Source: Dimorphilus gyrociliatus (taxonomy: Eukaryota; Animalia; Annelida). From it: DNA of 64,000 bases. Below the pieces are notes generated by a model. The model did not search any database. It saw nothing but the letters and a program-made list of their open reading frames with translations, and had not been told where the DNA came from. The DNA lies in assembly GCA_904063045.1 (NCBI GenBank), contig CAJFCJ010000001.1:930001-994000 (forward strand), written 5' to 3'. Position numbers and translations under genes: made by a program. Below are positions 12,425 through 27,092 of the stretch, in pieces. Numbering within the stretch: position 1 is the first letter of the stretch; each line of letters opens with the position of its first letter.

Positions 12425-13147
12425 GTATATATAACCAGAGAACATAAAAATCCGCTATTTAGATTACTAATTTACCTATATGACGTATTTGGATGGTTCA
12501 ATACTTATTAGTAACCGATAAACAGATCGTATCGGTATAGACATTAATCGATATGAAGCGATTTATGTAGTTTACAACTAGGTCTAAAAATTAGCAATCT
12601 TTTTTTTTCGCTTCCGGTAAAGGTACCTTTAAACAATTTTTTATTTTCTTAATCATTTGATTGATAATGAGCTTATCGAATACTTTCTGCAAGTTGCACC
12701 AAGTTGTTTCCTGCAAGAGACTAATAACCAAAACAACTTTTGATTATATCGTAATTCAAACTGCGACCAATATACTTAAGTTACTTTTAATCATTCTAAT
12801 ACTTTAACTTTGTTTTATTTCTGGTATAGATTGTTGTGGACCCTAATAGCTAATTTATTTACGACTGATCTGACAAATTGAAAACGTACTTTCTAAATAA
12901 AATCCTTTCTAATTCGGCTTTTAACTTAAACAATGCCTATATACTGTCTCATAAATGACCCAAAAACAAATTTGTTCTATAAATAAGCGTCACCGAGCCG
13001 TTTATTTACAATATTGTGTACCAGATGACATTACTTGTTTCATAAACTCTTTATTGCCTTGCATGTCCTGGAAATAGCAAGCGGCAAAATAACACAATGA
13101 CCTGATAATTAAACATGACAAAGTCTATGATGAAACAAGAAAAAAAA

Positions 13148-14364
13148 TCAATATAGGTTTTCTGCGTTACACGAACGTGGCTTCTTAATCTTGTCGATAT
13201 TCTTTAGTATCATGTCGTGCAAACTGCACTGTAAGAATTGAAAAAAAAAATGTAAATTTATTATTTTGTTAGATATTTATACATATATATATATACTTAA
13301 AATAGAACTCTTACGTAATGATTTCGAAGCTCACACACTACAAGTCTTAGACTCAGAAATTCCTTTTCGTCAAGTTCCTGAATAGCTCGTCTATAATCTT
13401 GAACGTGTGGGTATTTCGCAAGTTTCGTGACAATTTTGGCTCGAGTTAAGAAATATCTAGAGACCTGATCAAGGTACGTCGCTGCGTCAGATTCTACTTG
13501 TCGAGCTTCGGCTATTGTATCCTCTTGTATAGATACACCGAAATTATTACCGTCTTCTATTCTTGGTATCAAATATGTTATCCACATTTTTATTTGATTT
13601 GCGTGTTCGATTAGCTAGATGTAATGAAAAGTAATGACTTAATAAAAATTTTCTTGAATTTTATAGCAATTACATCTCTTAACAACGGCTTAACTTGGTC
13701 AATAAGTTTCGATAATGGTTCATTACAAGTTACTTCTCCATTCGGTAAAGCATAAACTTTACTGCCTGTAAAGAGAAAGTGTTTTAGAGGACTTGTCATT
13801 GTTTATTTATGTATAACCTTCTAAGCTATTATCCAATTTCAATTTCTTTGCTGCTGGTCCATCATTTTCCAACAAACAGTTGGATGGATGTGGCACATTT
13901 AAGTCGACTACAAAGTCATTCACTGAGTTTATACTTAACTGCTCCGTCTTGACCGTAAAAAAAGAGTTTTACTTCAAAGTACGAAATAATTGTATTATTA
14001 CTACTTACGCGCATCAAATTATCGAGAAAAACAACCTTGTTAGGAAAAACATCTTTGACGAGAACCTCGGCCTGTAACATTTTCAGCCCAGATAAAATTT
14101 CCGTGTGAAAATATGTATAAGATAAATACCTCTCTTTTTACTCTATTTTTGTAATCTTCAACCTAAATAGACATACAAATTCATATTAGTATAGTACATA
14201 TAATCAAGAATACGTTAATATAACGAAATTAAAAATCCCAGCGAAAAAAACCACGCCGCTAATGTATTAGAAAAGCAAACGCTTTTAGTTAAAAAACATA
14301 TATTTTATTTCATTTAAGATATACATGTTCACCAACTAACATTCTTGTTTGGTACGAAAGACAT
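13148..14364 (-). CDS. PSME3: Proteasome activator PA28/REG-gamma, multi-exon
   Basis: Spliced: MSFVPNKN|VEDYKNRVKRE|AEVLVKDVFPNKVVFLDNLMR|...IPRIEDGNNFGVSIQED...KYPHVQDYRR...ELRNHY|CSLHDMILKNIDKIKKPRSCNAENLY*. Includes the activation loop EDGNNFG. Confidence 0.95.
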
Positions 14365-15142
14365 ATTTGTTGAATTTTCAGATTATATTTCGAAAGATAA
14401 TTTCGTTTAATTTCTAGTGAGCAAAACACTTAACTCACCAACTATACCAGTTTACCCTTAGGGGTGAAGCGGGAAAGTTTCGAAGATTTAGTCTAATTGA
14501 AATGATAAGACAAAAAACAAAACGGACACTGTTTCGATAAGTCGCATTGTTCGGTGATAAAACTTTGATCACGAGCAGTTTAAACAAACGTTTCATTCGA
14601 TAGTCGAACATAAAAAGTGCTTCCTGAAGACATAAAAGCGCGACGCTATATCCATTATGTAAAATGAATCGAAATCGCTTTTTGCGCTCGAAAATATTCG
14701 ATCTGCTTCATAATTCAATCGTTTAATGGATATCGCGCTGACAACGGTTTTTCACAGCAGTTTTTATACTGTGCGCGATTTCTTTATACAATTGAGACTT
14801 TTTTGGATCGTATAACGTAATCGATAGAGCGTGTAAAGCCTACTAGCATAATAATAGGCGTGGAATGTTTTTAATTTGTGGAGTTTCTAATTCACGTCAT
14901 GTTTCATTTATTGTCCACTGACTAATCAATGCATCACTATATAAGTACTTCTCATTGATTGTACTCGTGTACCTATTCGGGGCCGTATTGACCCAAGGTT
15001 CCAAACAGGCCAGGAATGAGCATAACGCTTCCGACAAGAGTTTCCTAGAGGAAATTTCACGGCAAATATCGTTCAGGATCATGGAACCATGCACTTTTTC
15101 AACTCGCTCCCTCTGCCGGTTGTGTGATTTTCAGTGTCTCGC

Positions 15143-18100
15143 ATGGCGTCGGCAATTAAACGAGCGCGTAGAAATTCGCAAAATTCACCACCGAAAATCG
15201 CGCATCAGCCACTCTCTATGCTCGATGCCGCCGCCAAAGTGGTCGCCGCTCACATTCCTTTCCAATATGTCGAAGATAATACGTCGAGAATACCCGAACC
15301 GGTTGAAAATCGAATTGTGTATTGGTCATTTCCGAGGAATGAGGCGGATATTCGGCTATACTCTTCCTTTTCAAAGACCGAACACGGTCGGATCCCTTTT
15401 ATAGAAGGTCAAACTATTCTGGAACGGGGCGGCGTGCGCGACGCGCTGCAAATAGGTGAGTCAATATGATGTATAAATTATGCTATTTTTCTCTATTGTT
15501 GCCAGCTAACATAAAATCTTCGAATACTTAAAATAACTATCTTTCGATATTATTCCCGCATACTCTCTTTCCAATATGGCGACATCATGAAAAATTGCTG
15601 CAATTAACCATTGAGAGAAAATGTTTAGTACGGGCGATTTAAATTACGTAGATGGCGCTGCCGATGGATTATATCAATAAAGCTATTGTCAATCAATAGC
15701 CAAACTGCACGCCTTGCAATAAAATAGAAAATTTCGGACAGTAAAAATGGCTAGGGGAGTGAATCGATAAGATTTATGTAAAACGCGTGCACAGCACGCG
15801 ATGCAGTCGCGTTTTCTAACCCAACTGCATTGATTCGCGTCTGCGTCAGCCTGCAGCAACAGTTGCGATAGGCTGCCCTTTGGGAACTATTTTTTGTTCG
15901 TATTGTTTTTATTTCTGGGGTGGCGAATTTATGATGTCGGTTGTAATTAATTGTCCTTGCACTTGGCAAGGTCGGTCCAACGAAAAAAACCCCAGTGCTG
16001 CCTGTTATTTTATGTAATTATCGATCTTCTCGAGTGCGGTTATAGGCGTGAAAAGCTTCTTAATAAAAAATTCTTATCATTGTTCATCTCTTTCGTTTCT
16101 GAAAGGTTTTCACCTGAGCGGAACTGTGCAGGATGAAGAGAGAACCTACTCCGTTTCAATAACCTTCGATAGGTACTGTATAAAAAAAGTTCAATTCAAG
16201 TACGATCTTTGTTTTATGTTATTTTGTTTTTTTTTCGACCTTAGATGTAAAATTACGTCCGTTAATTGCCCGTGTTCGAATCGTGACATATTCTGGTGCT
16301 CTCATATCGTTGCTCTAGCCTTATTTAGGATGCGAACGCCCGAAGACGTTCAATCAAGATCCCCCATATCAGGTAAACGAAACTCTAGACTCTTTTTATC
16401 ACTAAAAATCGAAGTAACGTATCGTATGTTCACAGAAACTCTCCTCCAAATGGACAGAGAGCAACTTCAAAAGTTCGCGCAGTATTTGATTTCGCACCAC
16501 CACACGCAAGTATTGCCCACAGCGCAAAAGCTAGCCGACGATATTTTAGAGATGTCGTCGGTGATTAATCAAGTTCGAGGTAGGATTTTTACGGCACATG
16601 ACTCTTTAATGACAAAATTATATATTCAGGAGCGCCAGATCCAACAGCAGGTGCTAGTGTTGATTCAAACAACGCATGGCATTTGGATGAGGACGAACTA
16701 CGCGAGCAAGTCAAGACAAATTTATGTTATGCTGAAAAAAGCTACCAGTGCAAACACCACCAGCAAAAACTCAATTGTATATTCAATAAAGTGCGCGAGA
16801 TGCTTCAGTCTAGAGACGGTAATGGTTCTAGAATGCTGTCGTTAATTACTGAACAATTCTTACTCGATCCGAGACTCTCATTATATAAATCTCAGCCCAT
16901 GCCCGATAAACTTCGACGGTTGTGGGATGAATTAGCATGTTTATGGGTTTTTGTTGTACTTAATCCAACAGCGATTTCTCAGGATCGTGATGAGTGGGCA
17001 ACCAATTTTGAAGAATGGAACTCCATAGACGGTTGTCCACCAGAAGATCCACAACTGCCTACTAATACTCAAAACGGTGGGTTAATTAGTTCCCGCGAGA
17101 CAGGATTAATAAGAAGTAGGGCTTTTCTCTTTACAGTACCCGCCAACGTGCGAGCAATATTTGCACGAGCGTTAGATGCCACTAAATTGATGTGGGATAA
17201 CGAAGCGTTGCAGGAGACGCTGCGATCGGACACCGGCAGTTCAGAGTATTTAGAAGAAGAATTAACGATAGCATCAGCGCGCGTAAACGCATTGCGTTGC
17301 CACGGTTACAAAACGGAAGCCCGCCGACTAGCTGTCGCCGTCGTCAGGGGAGTGAAGCGTCAAATTTGGCGACGCGTCGAACAGCACAAGCAATTCGGTA
17401 AGAAAGGTGGAAAGTATATCGGACAGCGAAAGTCACGACGCTTTTGTCAAGTTGCAGGAAGAAGTACCAGCTGCGAGTGCGGTTATAGTAGTATGGCGCC
17501 TTATAATGTCGACACGGCCTGTATGGGTAACCCGCTCAATCCGATTGGCTGCCTGTTTGATACGCTAATTGAAGTCTGTCTGGCCGATGGTGGCGACAGA
17601 GGTTTGCTTTGTTTGTAGAATCTCTTATAAAAGTATACCAAGCTTCTTTGTCTTTTCAGCCAATAGCGATGTGGATGTAGTCAATGATGATAAGAGTTAT
17701 AAACATACGGAGTTGCCCTCGGGCAGCGAAAACGACAGTTATCTAACTCTTGCCGTTCAAATTGCCATTTTTGGTACATTTTTTATTAATAAGGAAAATT
17801 AATGATGGCTATAAAAGTAAGACATATACTATAAACCTTTCCCCCCCATAGGCTTAGGTCAACAACGCATGAAATACTCTGGCTATAAAGAAACCGTAGC
17901 CAGGCAACAAGAAAAGGACTTGATACAGCTTCTCCGTAAAGTTCCGCTGGACGACCGTGTAATAGCTGCACTCCGAGATCAGGTTTCCTTAATGTTCGAC
18001 GGTGGTGCTGGTTCGGCTCTGGAAGCCCTAATCCATCCGGATTCAGCTCCGATCCATTATTTTGCCAAATTCCTCTTCCAAAGTCTCTTGCCGCACGATA

Positions 18101-19281
18101 ACGACTTGGCTTTCAAAGTCGGAATTCGAGCCCTGCGGCTGCCGCCCACGGAAACGGAAGCCGGTGACGACCCGATGAACTACGTCGAACAAAGGCAATG
18201 TGAATTGGCAACTGCCTTACTTGTTGCGGCTAATAGTGAACAGTTGGAAGACGTTTTAAGAGCCGTGCGATCGCATATGCATTCTCCATCGCAAATCTTT
18301 TCACTAGCTCAGCATGCCAAAACCGAATCAAATAGCGCCAGCGATCTGAAAAAAGCGGCCTTAGAATTGGGTCTGATAGTGTTAAAAAAGACGAAAAACA
18401 AATCTCATTGGCGCCGGTCAGAAATGGTTCGATGGGTTATTAAAACGTCCGCTCCAGATGCTGGGGACGGTGAACTTTTGAACGTTGGAAAGCAGTGGGA
18501 GGGTTGGTTAACAGCCGTCGAAGCTTGTAGCGTCTTATCACCTGTGTTAATGAGTTGCTCTGAAAATGGTGAGCGGCTGGCCATCCGCGTTGCTATGCAA
18601 TGTGCAGCCGACGATCCAGCACACTGCGCTTTATCGGCATTGACCATGTGTGAAAAGGATAATACAACTTTCTCTCAAGCTTTTGATCTAGTCGTCTCAG
18701 CTGCCAACCGATTACCAGCCTCTCAACTCTTTGCCATCGCCAGGTATTTGGATAGCCGAAATCAATCACGGAGGGCCTATGATATTGCTTTGTTAGCTCT
18801 AAAGGCTCTACGGATTGCCTACAACGAGGATGCTCATCCCGCTATAAGCGATATTCATTGGACTTGTAGTTTAGCAATGAGTTTAGGTAAAGGAGAACTA
18901 GCTCATGTGGTTCCGATACTCGTTGAAAATGTACATTGCGCCTCGGTATTAAGCGAAATTCTCAGACGTTGTACAATAGGCGGTCACGCACCACATCCGG
19001 CGCACGTGACTACAAGGGGACGGGCTCACGAAAGAGCTCCTCTAAGGCAATTGTTGGACGCGGCTATATGTGCTTATGTGAACACAACACACTCACGACT
19101 GGCTCATATCTCTCCTCGCCACTATGCTGATTTCGTCGACTTTTTGCAGACGGCCCAACACACTTTCGCTATGGCGCCAGACGGACCTTTACAGTTTGCC
19201 GCCCTCATCGACAATATGAGATTGGTCTATAAAGGCAAGAAAAAATTGATGGCGTTAATAAAGGATAGATTCAATATGTAA
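15143..19281 (+). CDS. ZSWIM4/5/6: SWIM zinc-finger protein of the ZSWIM4/5/6 family (putative Elongin-BC/cullin substrate adaptor), 9 exons
   Basis: BC-box-like SMLDAAAKVV; IPEPVENRIVYWSFPRNE; GFHLSG; SWIM finger CPCSNRDIFWCSH; GAPDPTAGAS; C-terminal HISPRHYADFVDFL...YKGKKKLM. All are characteristic of this family. Introns were placed at GT-AG by hand. Confidence 0.93.
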
Positions 19282-20142
19282 GGAAGAAAGATACAAAAAA
19301 AAGACACCGGTGCTCTTTCTAGCTATCTCTACTTGTAACTCTCTCTATCTATCTTTTCGCTCTCGCCAACAACACATGACCGTCGTTTTTTAGGTGCTTC
19401 GTTAATCTCCTAATTTGTCCAGGGTGTTTTGCGTGTGTGTTGCTTGAATGTGGAACGATTATGCAATTTCCGCGCTAGTCAACAATTCAACAATCGAAAG
19501 ACTGTGAATAAAGAATTATAAATAGTAATTTAAATGTTGCCATTTTTTTAGATGAATAGATTTTTCAATGTTGGCAAAACTTTTTGTTCGTGTCGTTTTT
19601 TTATACGAGTACAAATAACTTCAATATTTCGGAAAACACACCTGTTGCAATAAACACTAAAAGTTTATCATTAAAAACTAACTATTCCCGCCAAACCGGA
19701 AAACACGCAACCAGTCTTCGGAAATAGACTGGCTGTGGCTGTTTTGATGAGTCACCAGTCATATGACAAAGCTCGTGACCTGTGTTTATTTTCCAACAAA
19801 GCCTCATTTTTAACACAAGCGTCAAGAATATACAGTCGATTTCGATTTTGCCTGATCACAAGAGGTTTGTATATTAAAAATAAGCTATTGCTTGCCGTTA
19901 TAAATTATTACGTTTGCTGGGAGGCTTTGTTTACGCAAATCGATCACTTTACGGTCGTTGACTTGCAAAAAAAAAAAGAAAGGTTTAACCTATATTTTAA
20001 CCATGAAAACATATTTAAAATTAAAATGCTATATCTAGATAATTGAATTCATTATTTTATCGAAAACAATGTACATTTTGCACCTTTCATAAACAAAGAA
20101 CATTTTGTTTACAAACTAAAAGTTGTTTATTTATAGATCAAC

Positions 20143-21308
20143 ATGAAGATAACACTTATCGCACTCGCCATTGTTATTGGTATCGCCTACGGACGCCCTA
20201 ATGAAGATGGTTCCTTGAGATTTACGTCATTTTTGGGCGATTTTGAGCAATTATGGAAGGATTTCAAAACTAAGCACAGTAAATAGGACAATTACAATTA
20301 TGCTGTTAACAGATTAACATGCAATTATTTTTTGTAGGCAAAACGTATGACTCTCAAACAGAAGAGTTGAAGAGAAGGAACATTTTCAAAACGAACCTTA
20401 AGAGAGTTAGAATGCACAACTATTTACATGAAAATGGTGCTAAATCATTCTCTTTAGGAGTTAACGAATACTCAGATTTAGTAAGTTAATTAATAATTTA
20501 GGAGAGTGTTAAAAAAGACTGTTGTTGACGCTGGTTTTCTTCATTCTTAAAGGAACACACCGAATTCGTTAAGGTAATGAACGGCTACAGAATGCGTAAT
20601 TCTACAATCAACAGAGACAGAGCAACTTATATGTCTCCAAACGTTAAATTTGAAATGCCGAACTCTGTTGATTGGCGTTCTAGAGGCTATGTTACTCCTG
20701 TTAAAAATCAGGGACAATGCGGATCTTGTTGGTCTTTCTCTGCGACTGGATCGTTGGAAGGACAACATTACCGTAAGAAGGGTGTTTTAACTTCTCTATC
20801 TGAACAAAATCTAGTTGACTGCTCAAAATATTGGGGAAATCATGGTTGTGAAGGTGGTCTCATGGACGATGCTTTCCAATACATCAAGGACAATGACGGA
20901 ATTGATACGGAAGCAAGTTATCCTTACCAAGCTGTCGATGGAACTTGCCACTTTAAAAGCTCAAAAATCGGTGCCACCGATATTGGTTTCACTGATATTC
21001 CCTCCGGTGATGAAGATGCATTAAAAGAGGCCGTGGCTTCAGTTGGTCCGATCTCAGTTGCAATTGATGCTAGCCACGAGACCTTCCAATTATACAAAGG
21101 CGGAGTCTATGACGAAATGAATTGTAGTAGCACCAGACTTGACCACGGTGTTCTCGTTGTCGGTTATGGAACTGAAGATGGTGCAGATTATTGGCTCGTA
21201 AAGAATAGTTGGGGAACAACTTGGGGTGAAGAAGGCTACATTAAAATGTCAAGAAATAAGAATAACCAATGCGGTATCGCTACAACAGCCAGCTACCCTA
21301 TTGTATAA
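20143..21308 (+). CDS. CTSL: Cathepsin L preproenzyme (3 exons)
   Basis: Signal peptide [17 protein letters not shown]; ERFNIN-type prodomain [20 protein letters not shown]; catalytic [17 protein letters not shown] and KNSWG. Introns at 20279-20337 and 20481-20552. Confidence 0.96.
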
Positions 21309-21729
21309 AACTATAAACCATAACAACTATTCGCATGTTTTTATAGGAGAAATAAGAGAAATAATTGGTAGGGTTTTTCTTTTATGAACAATACGTAACT
21401 AAATATTCCCCTTAACTTCAATCACGATTGTTAAAAACAGTAAAAGTTAAATAATATCGATTCTATAAAGTAAAATTGTACGAATACTCCTAGGTATATT
21501 ACTCATATCAGCCTATGGGTGGTTCACTCCTCTCTTATTTCTCCATTGCATAAAACAAATGCTTTGCGTATGCTATATTCTGTATTTGAAAAATACAATT
21601 TATTTCTACAAATCTTATTACAATGTAATTTTTTTAGCAGTGAAAAATAGACTGGAATGAAATTTTTTAAAAAGAGAAAAAATAGAAAAACATTGCACTA
21701 AAAAATAGATTAAGAAAAATAGAATAAAA

Positions 21730-24895
<3,166 letters not shown>

Positions 24896-25366
24896 TTTTG
24901 AGATGAACTTTTGAGATTCTTTAAGTAATCGGTTATGAAGAAGATCTCTTTCCTACATAATTGTATTAGTAGTATCCAACAAATACGCTTCTTAGTTGAA
25001 AGTATTGCTAGTATGCGTTGCCCATACCATAATTTAATCGCACAATCCTCAAGGTAGTGGCACTTTTACTAAATGGCACCCTGACTTCCGCTAAGTGCTT
25101 GCCCCGCCACCTATCGGTTGAGGGCGGTGGGAGCGCATTGGCATCTTATGCAAACTCGAATTTGCTTATGTTGCATAGTATTAATAAGTTTTCAACGGTA
25201 GTTAACTTTTTAAACCTTAAGGTTTTCTTTTTAAAATTGCATGTCAGTTGCATAGACGTGTATTCCAATAACAAAACAAATTTAAAACATATAGAAAAGA
25301 GGAGCTTTATACCAGTCTAGTAAACTGCTATTCGCGCGGAAATTTGATTACGTTCGATTTTCATTC

Positions 25367-26005
25367 TTACAATTTTGATACATTTGTCTGTGGCCCTATA
25401 ATGTCATTGAAATTCTTCGCGATTGTTCTTAACCAAATATATGGATCGTTGATCGATAAGGAATTGAATTTAGGGTGTATTTCGAACTCGGGTAGTTTGT
25501 TGCAAACAACTATGGATGCGCAGATAGCTAAATGAGCCGTCAAGCCGTAAGTAGTCACTGTCTCTTCAGATGCATCAATCGTGTCGTAGAAAAAGTGCAC
25601 AGCGTAATCAACATTACCCAACATGACCGGATATTTTATAGAGTGATCGACGGAACTCAAGAACCTTTCAGCAGGAAGATAAAAGACTTTATCGACTTCT
25701 TCATTTGGCTTTGGGTCAAAATTTTGATCTGTTATTAAACCAACTACTGGACACACGAGTTTTCCGCTTCTATTTATTATTGGTGGCATATTCCCAATGA
25801 CTGTTATTTGATGTCGTTCTAACCCTATCTCTTCATTGGCTTCTCTCAGAGCTGTTTCAACTTCACTTTCTCCTTCCTCAGCCATCCCACCAGGAAAGGA
25901 GACTGTATTCGGTTCTGTTCTTAATTTTGCCGACCGAATAGTCAATAATATCTTCCACGTCCCACTTTTAAAGATAAAAGAAACCAGAACTGCAGCTCGA
26001 GGCAT
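25367..26005 (-). CDS. NUDT7: Peroxisomal coenzyme A diphosphatase (Nudix); N-terminus possibly on an upstream exon
   Basis: LLTIRSAKLRTEPNTVSFPGG (UPF0035 motif), Nudix box GGMAEEGESEVETALREANEEIG, and C-terminal PTS1 SKL*. Confidence 0.88.
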   Translation of the reverse strand: MPRAAVLVSFIFKSGTWKILLTIRSAKLRTEPNTVSFPGGMAEEGESEVETALREANEEIGLERHQITVIGNMPPIINRSGKLVCPVVGLITDQNFDPKPNEEVDKVFYLPAERFLSSVDHSIKYPVMLGNVDYAVHFFYDTIDASEETVTTYGLTAHLAICASIVVCNKLPEFEIHPKFNSLSINDPYIWLRTIAKNFNDIIGPQTNVSKL

Positions 26006-27030
26006 ACATGATGCTGTCTTATGCTGGTTTGGGAATTGCGTAAAAGTATTACTTGACGTATCTTATATAAACCTGTAAAACATACTTTTTGGATTGCTTC
26101 GAATGACCAGTGGTCATAGTTGGATACTCTTGCAAATCGGTGTAATAATTCTTGAGAGGAGCTCATATCCATAAATGTAAACATATAGGTCAATATAATT
26201 GTGTATGTTTTTCAAAACACTTTTACCAGTTTTGATTGCTGTTTTCTGTCATTTATTTTTCTAAGTTTCAATAATTGTTTACTGTGGTGGAAGACTTTGT
26301 CCATTTAAAACTGAAAATTAGCTTCATTGTCGATTGTTTGACAATAAACGTGTTCTTTAATCCATTTTCTATCTATTCTTTGATAGCAGTTTATCGTATA
26401 GTTATTTTCAAATGTATACTTTCTATTTTTGAAAAATCACGCGCACTAAAACACCTACATCGAACACCAAAATATTGAATATCATATGAAATACAATCTT
26501 CGTCGCTATAAGCTAATGAAACTGATATAGCGCAAGAATTATTTATGACTATACGACGTCCCTATCGATAGAATTTCTTTAAAATGCCTCTTTGAGAGTT
26601 TTGACCTGGAAAAAATATATAAAATATATTATATACATACTAATATTACTAATATACTATATACGTACATGCAATATCTAGGTACTTAATAATCTTACTG
26701 TTTAGTTACAATGCATTATAATTCATGTAAGAGTGATAGAACAGGCAAAATGCTCAAATCAACTATAATTATTGCTTAACAAATACAGCAATTGAAAATC
26801 ACTTAGACAGGCGACTAGTTTTGGCAGGACACGAGATCAATCATTTCTATATGGGCTGATTGATTTTTTGTTTGTTTAAATATTCACTGTTTTGATGGAA
26901 CTTGAATTTTATTAATCAATACTTCATTGCAATAAGGTGTTGATGAGAATATTCATGCTTTCTAGATGTCGCTGCATTTTTCAAGTAATTTGTAGAACTA
27001 CGTATGGAAATTAGGCCTTCCCGAAAATAC

Positions 27031-27039
27031 ACTTCCGGT
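27031..27039 (-). promoter_or_regulatory. ETS-type site (ACCGGAAGT) about 55 bp upstream of the ENT start, within the divergent NUDT7/ENT interval
   Basis: Plus strand acttccggt is a perfect ETS/GABP consensus on the minus strand. Function is inferred. Confidence 0.35.
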
Positions 27040-27092
27040 TTAAACTTGTAAACAAAATGTAAGGCAAAAAACAAAGATCCTACCTAGTTGCC

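Noticed and set aside
14638-14738. Imperfect long hairpin (GCGCGA...TATCCATTA / TAATGGATA-TCGCGC) between PSME3 and ZSWIM as a miRNA or ncRNA precursor
   Set aside because: Only 6+9 bp pair, with a bulge and a large unpaired interior. This is too weak for a pre-miRNA call.
14955-15404. 149-aa ORF overlapping the ZSWIM start
   Set aside because: It is an alternative frame over GC-richer UTR and exon 1 sequence, with no recognisable motif; the conserved frame is 15143 onward.
19711-19732. 7-bp hairpin CCAGTCT/AGACTGG and ORF 19735-20046 upstream of cathepsin L
   Set aside because: A stem of this length is expected by chance. The ORF has no motif and intron/UTR-like composition.
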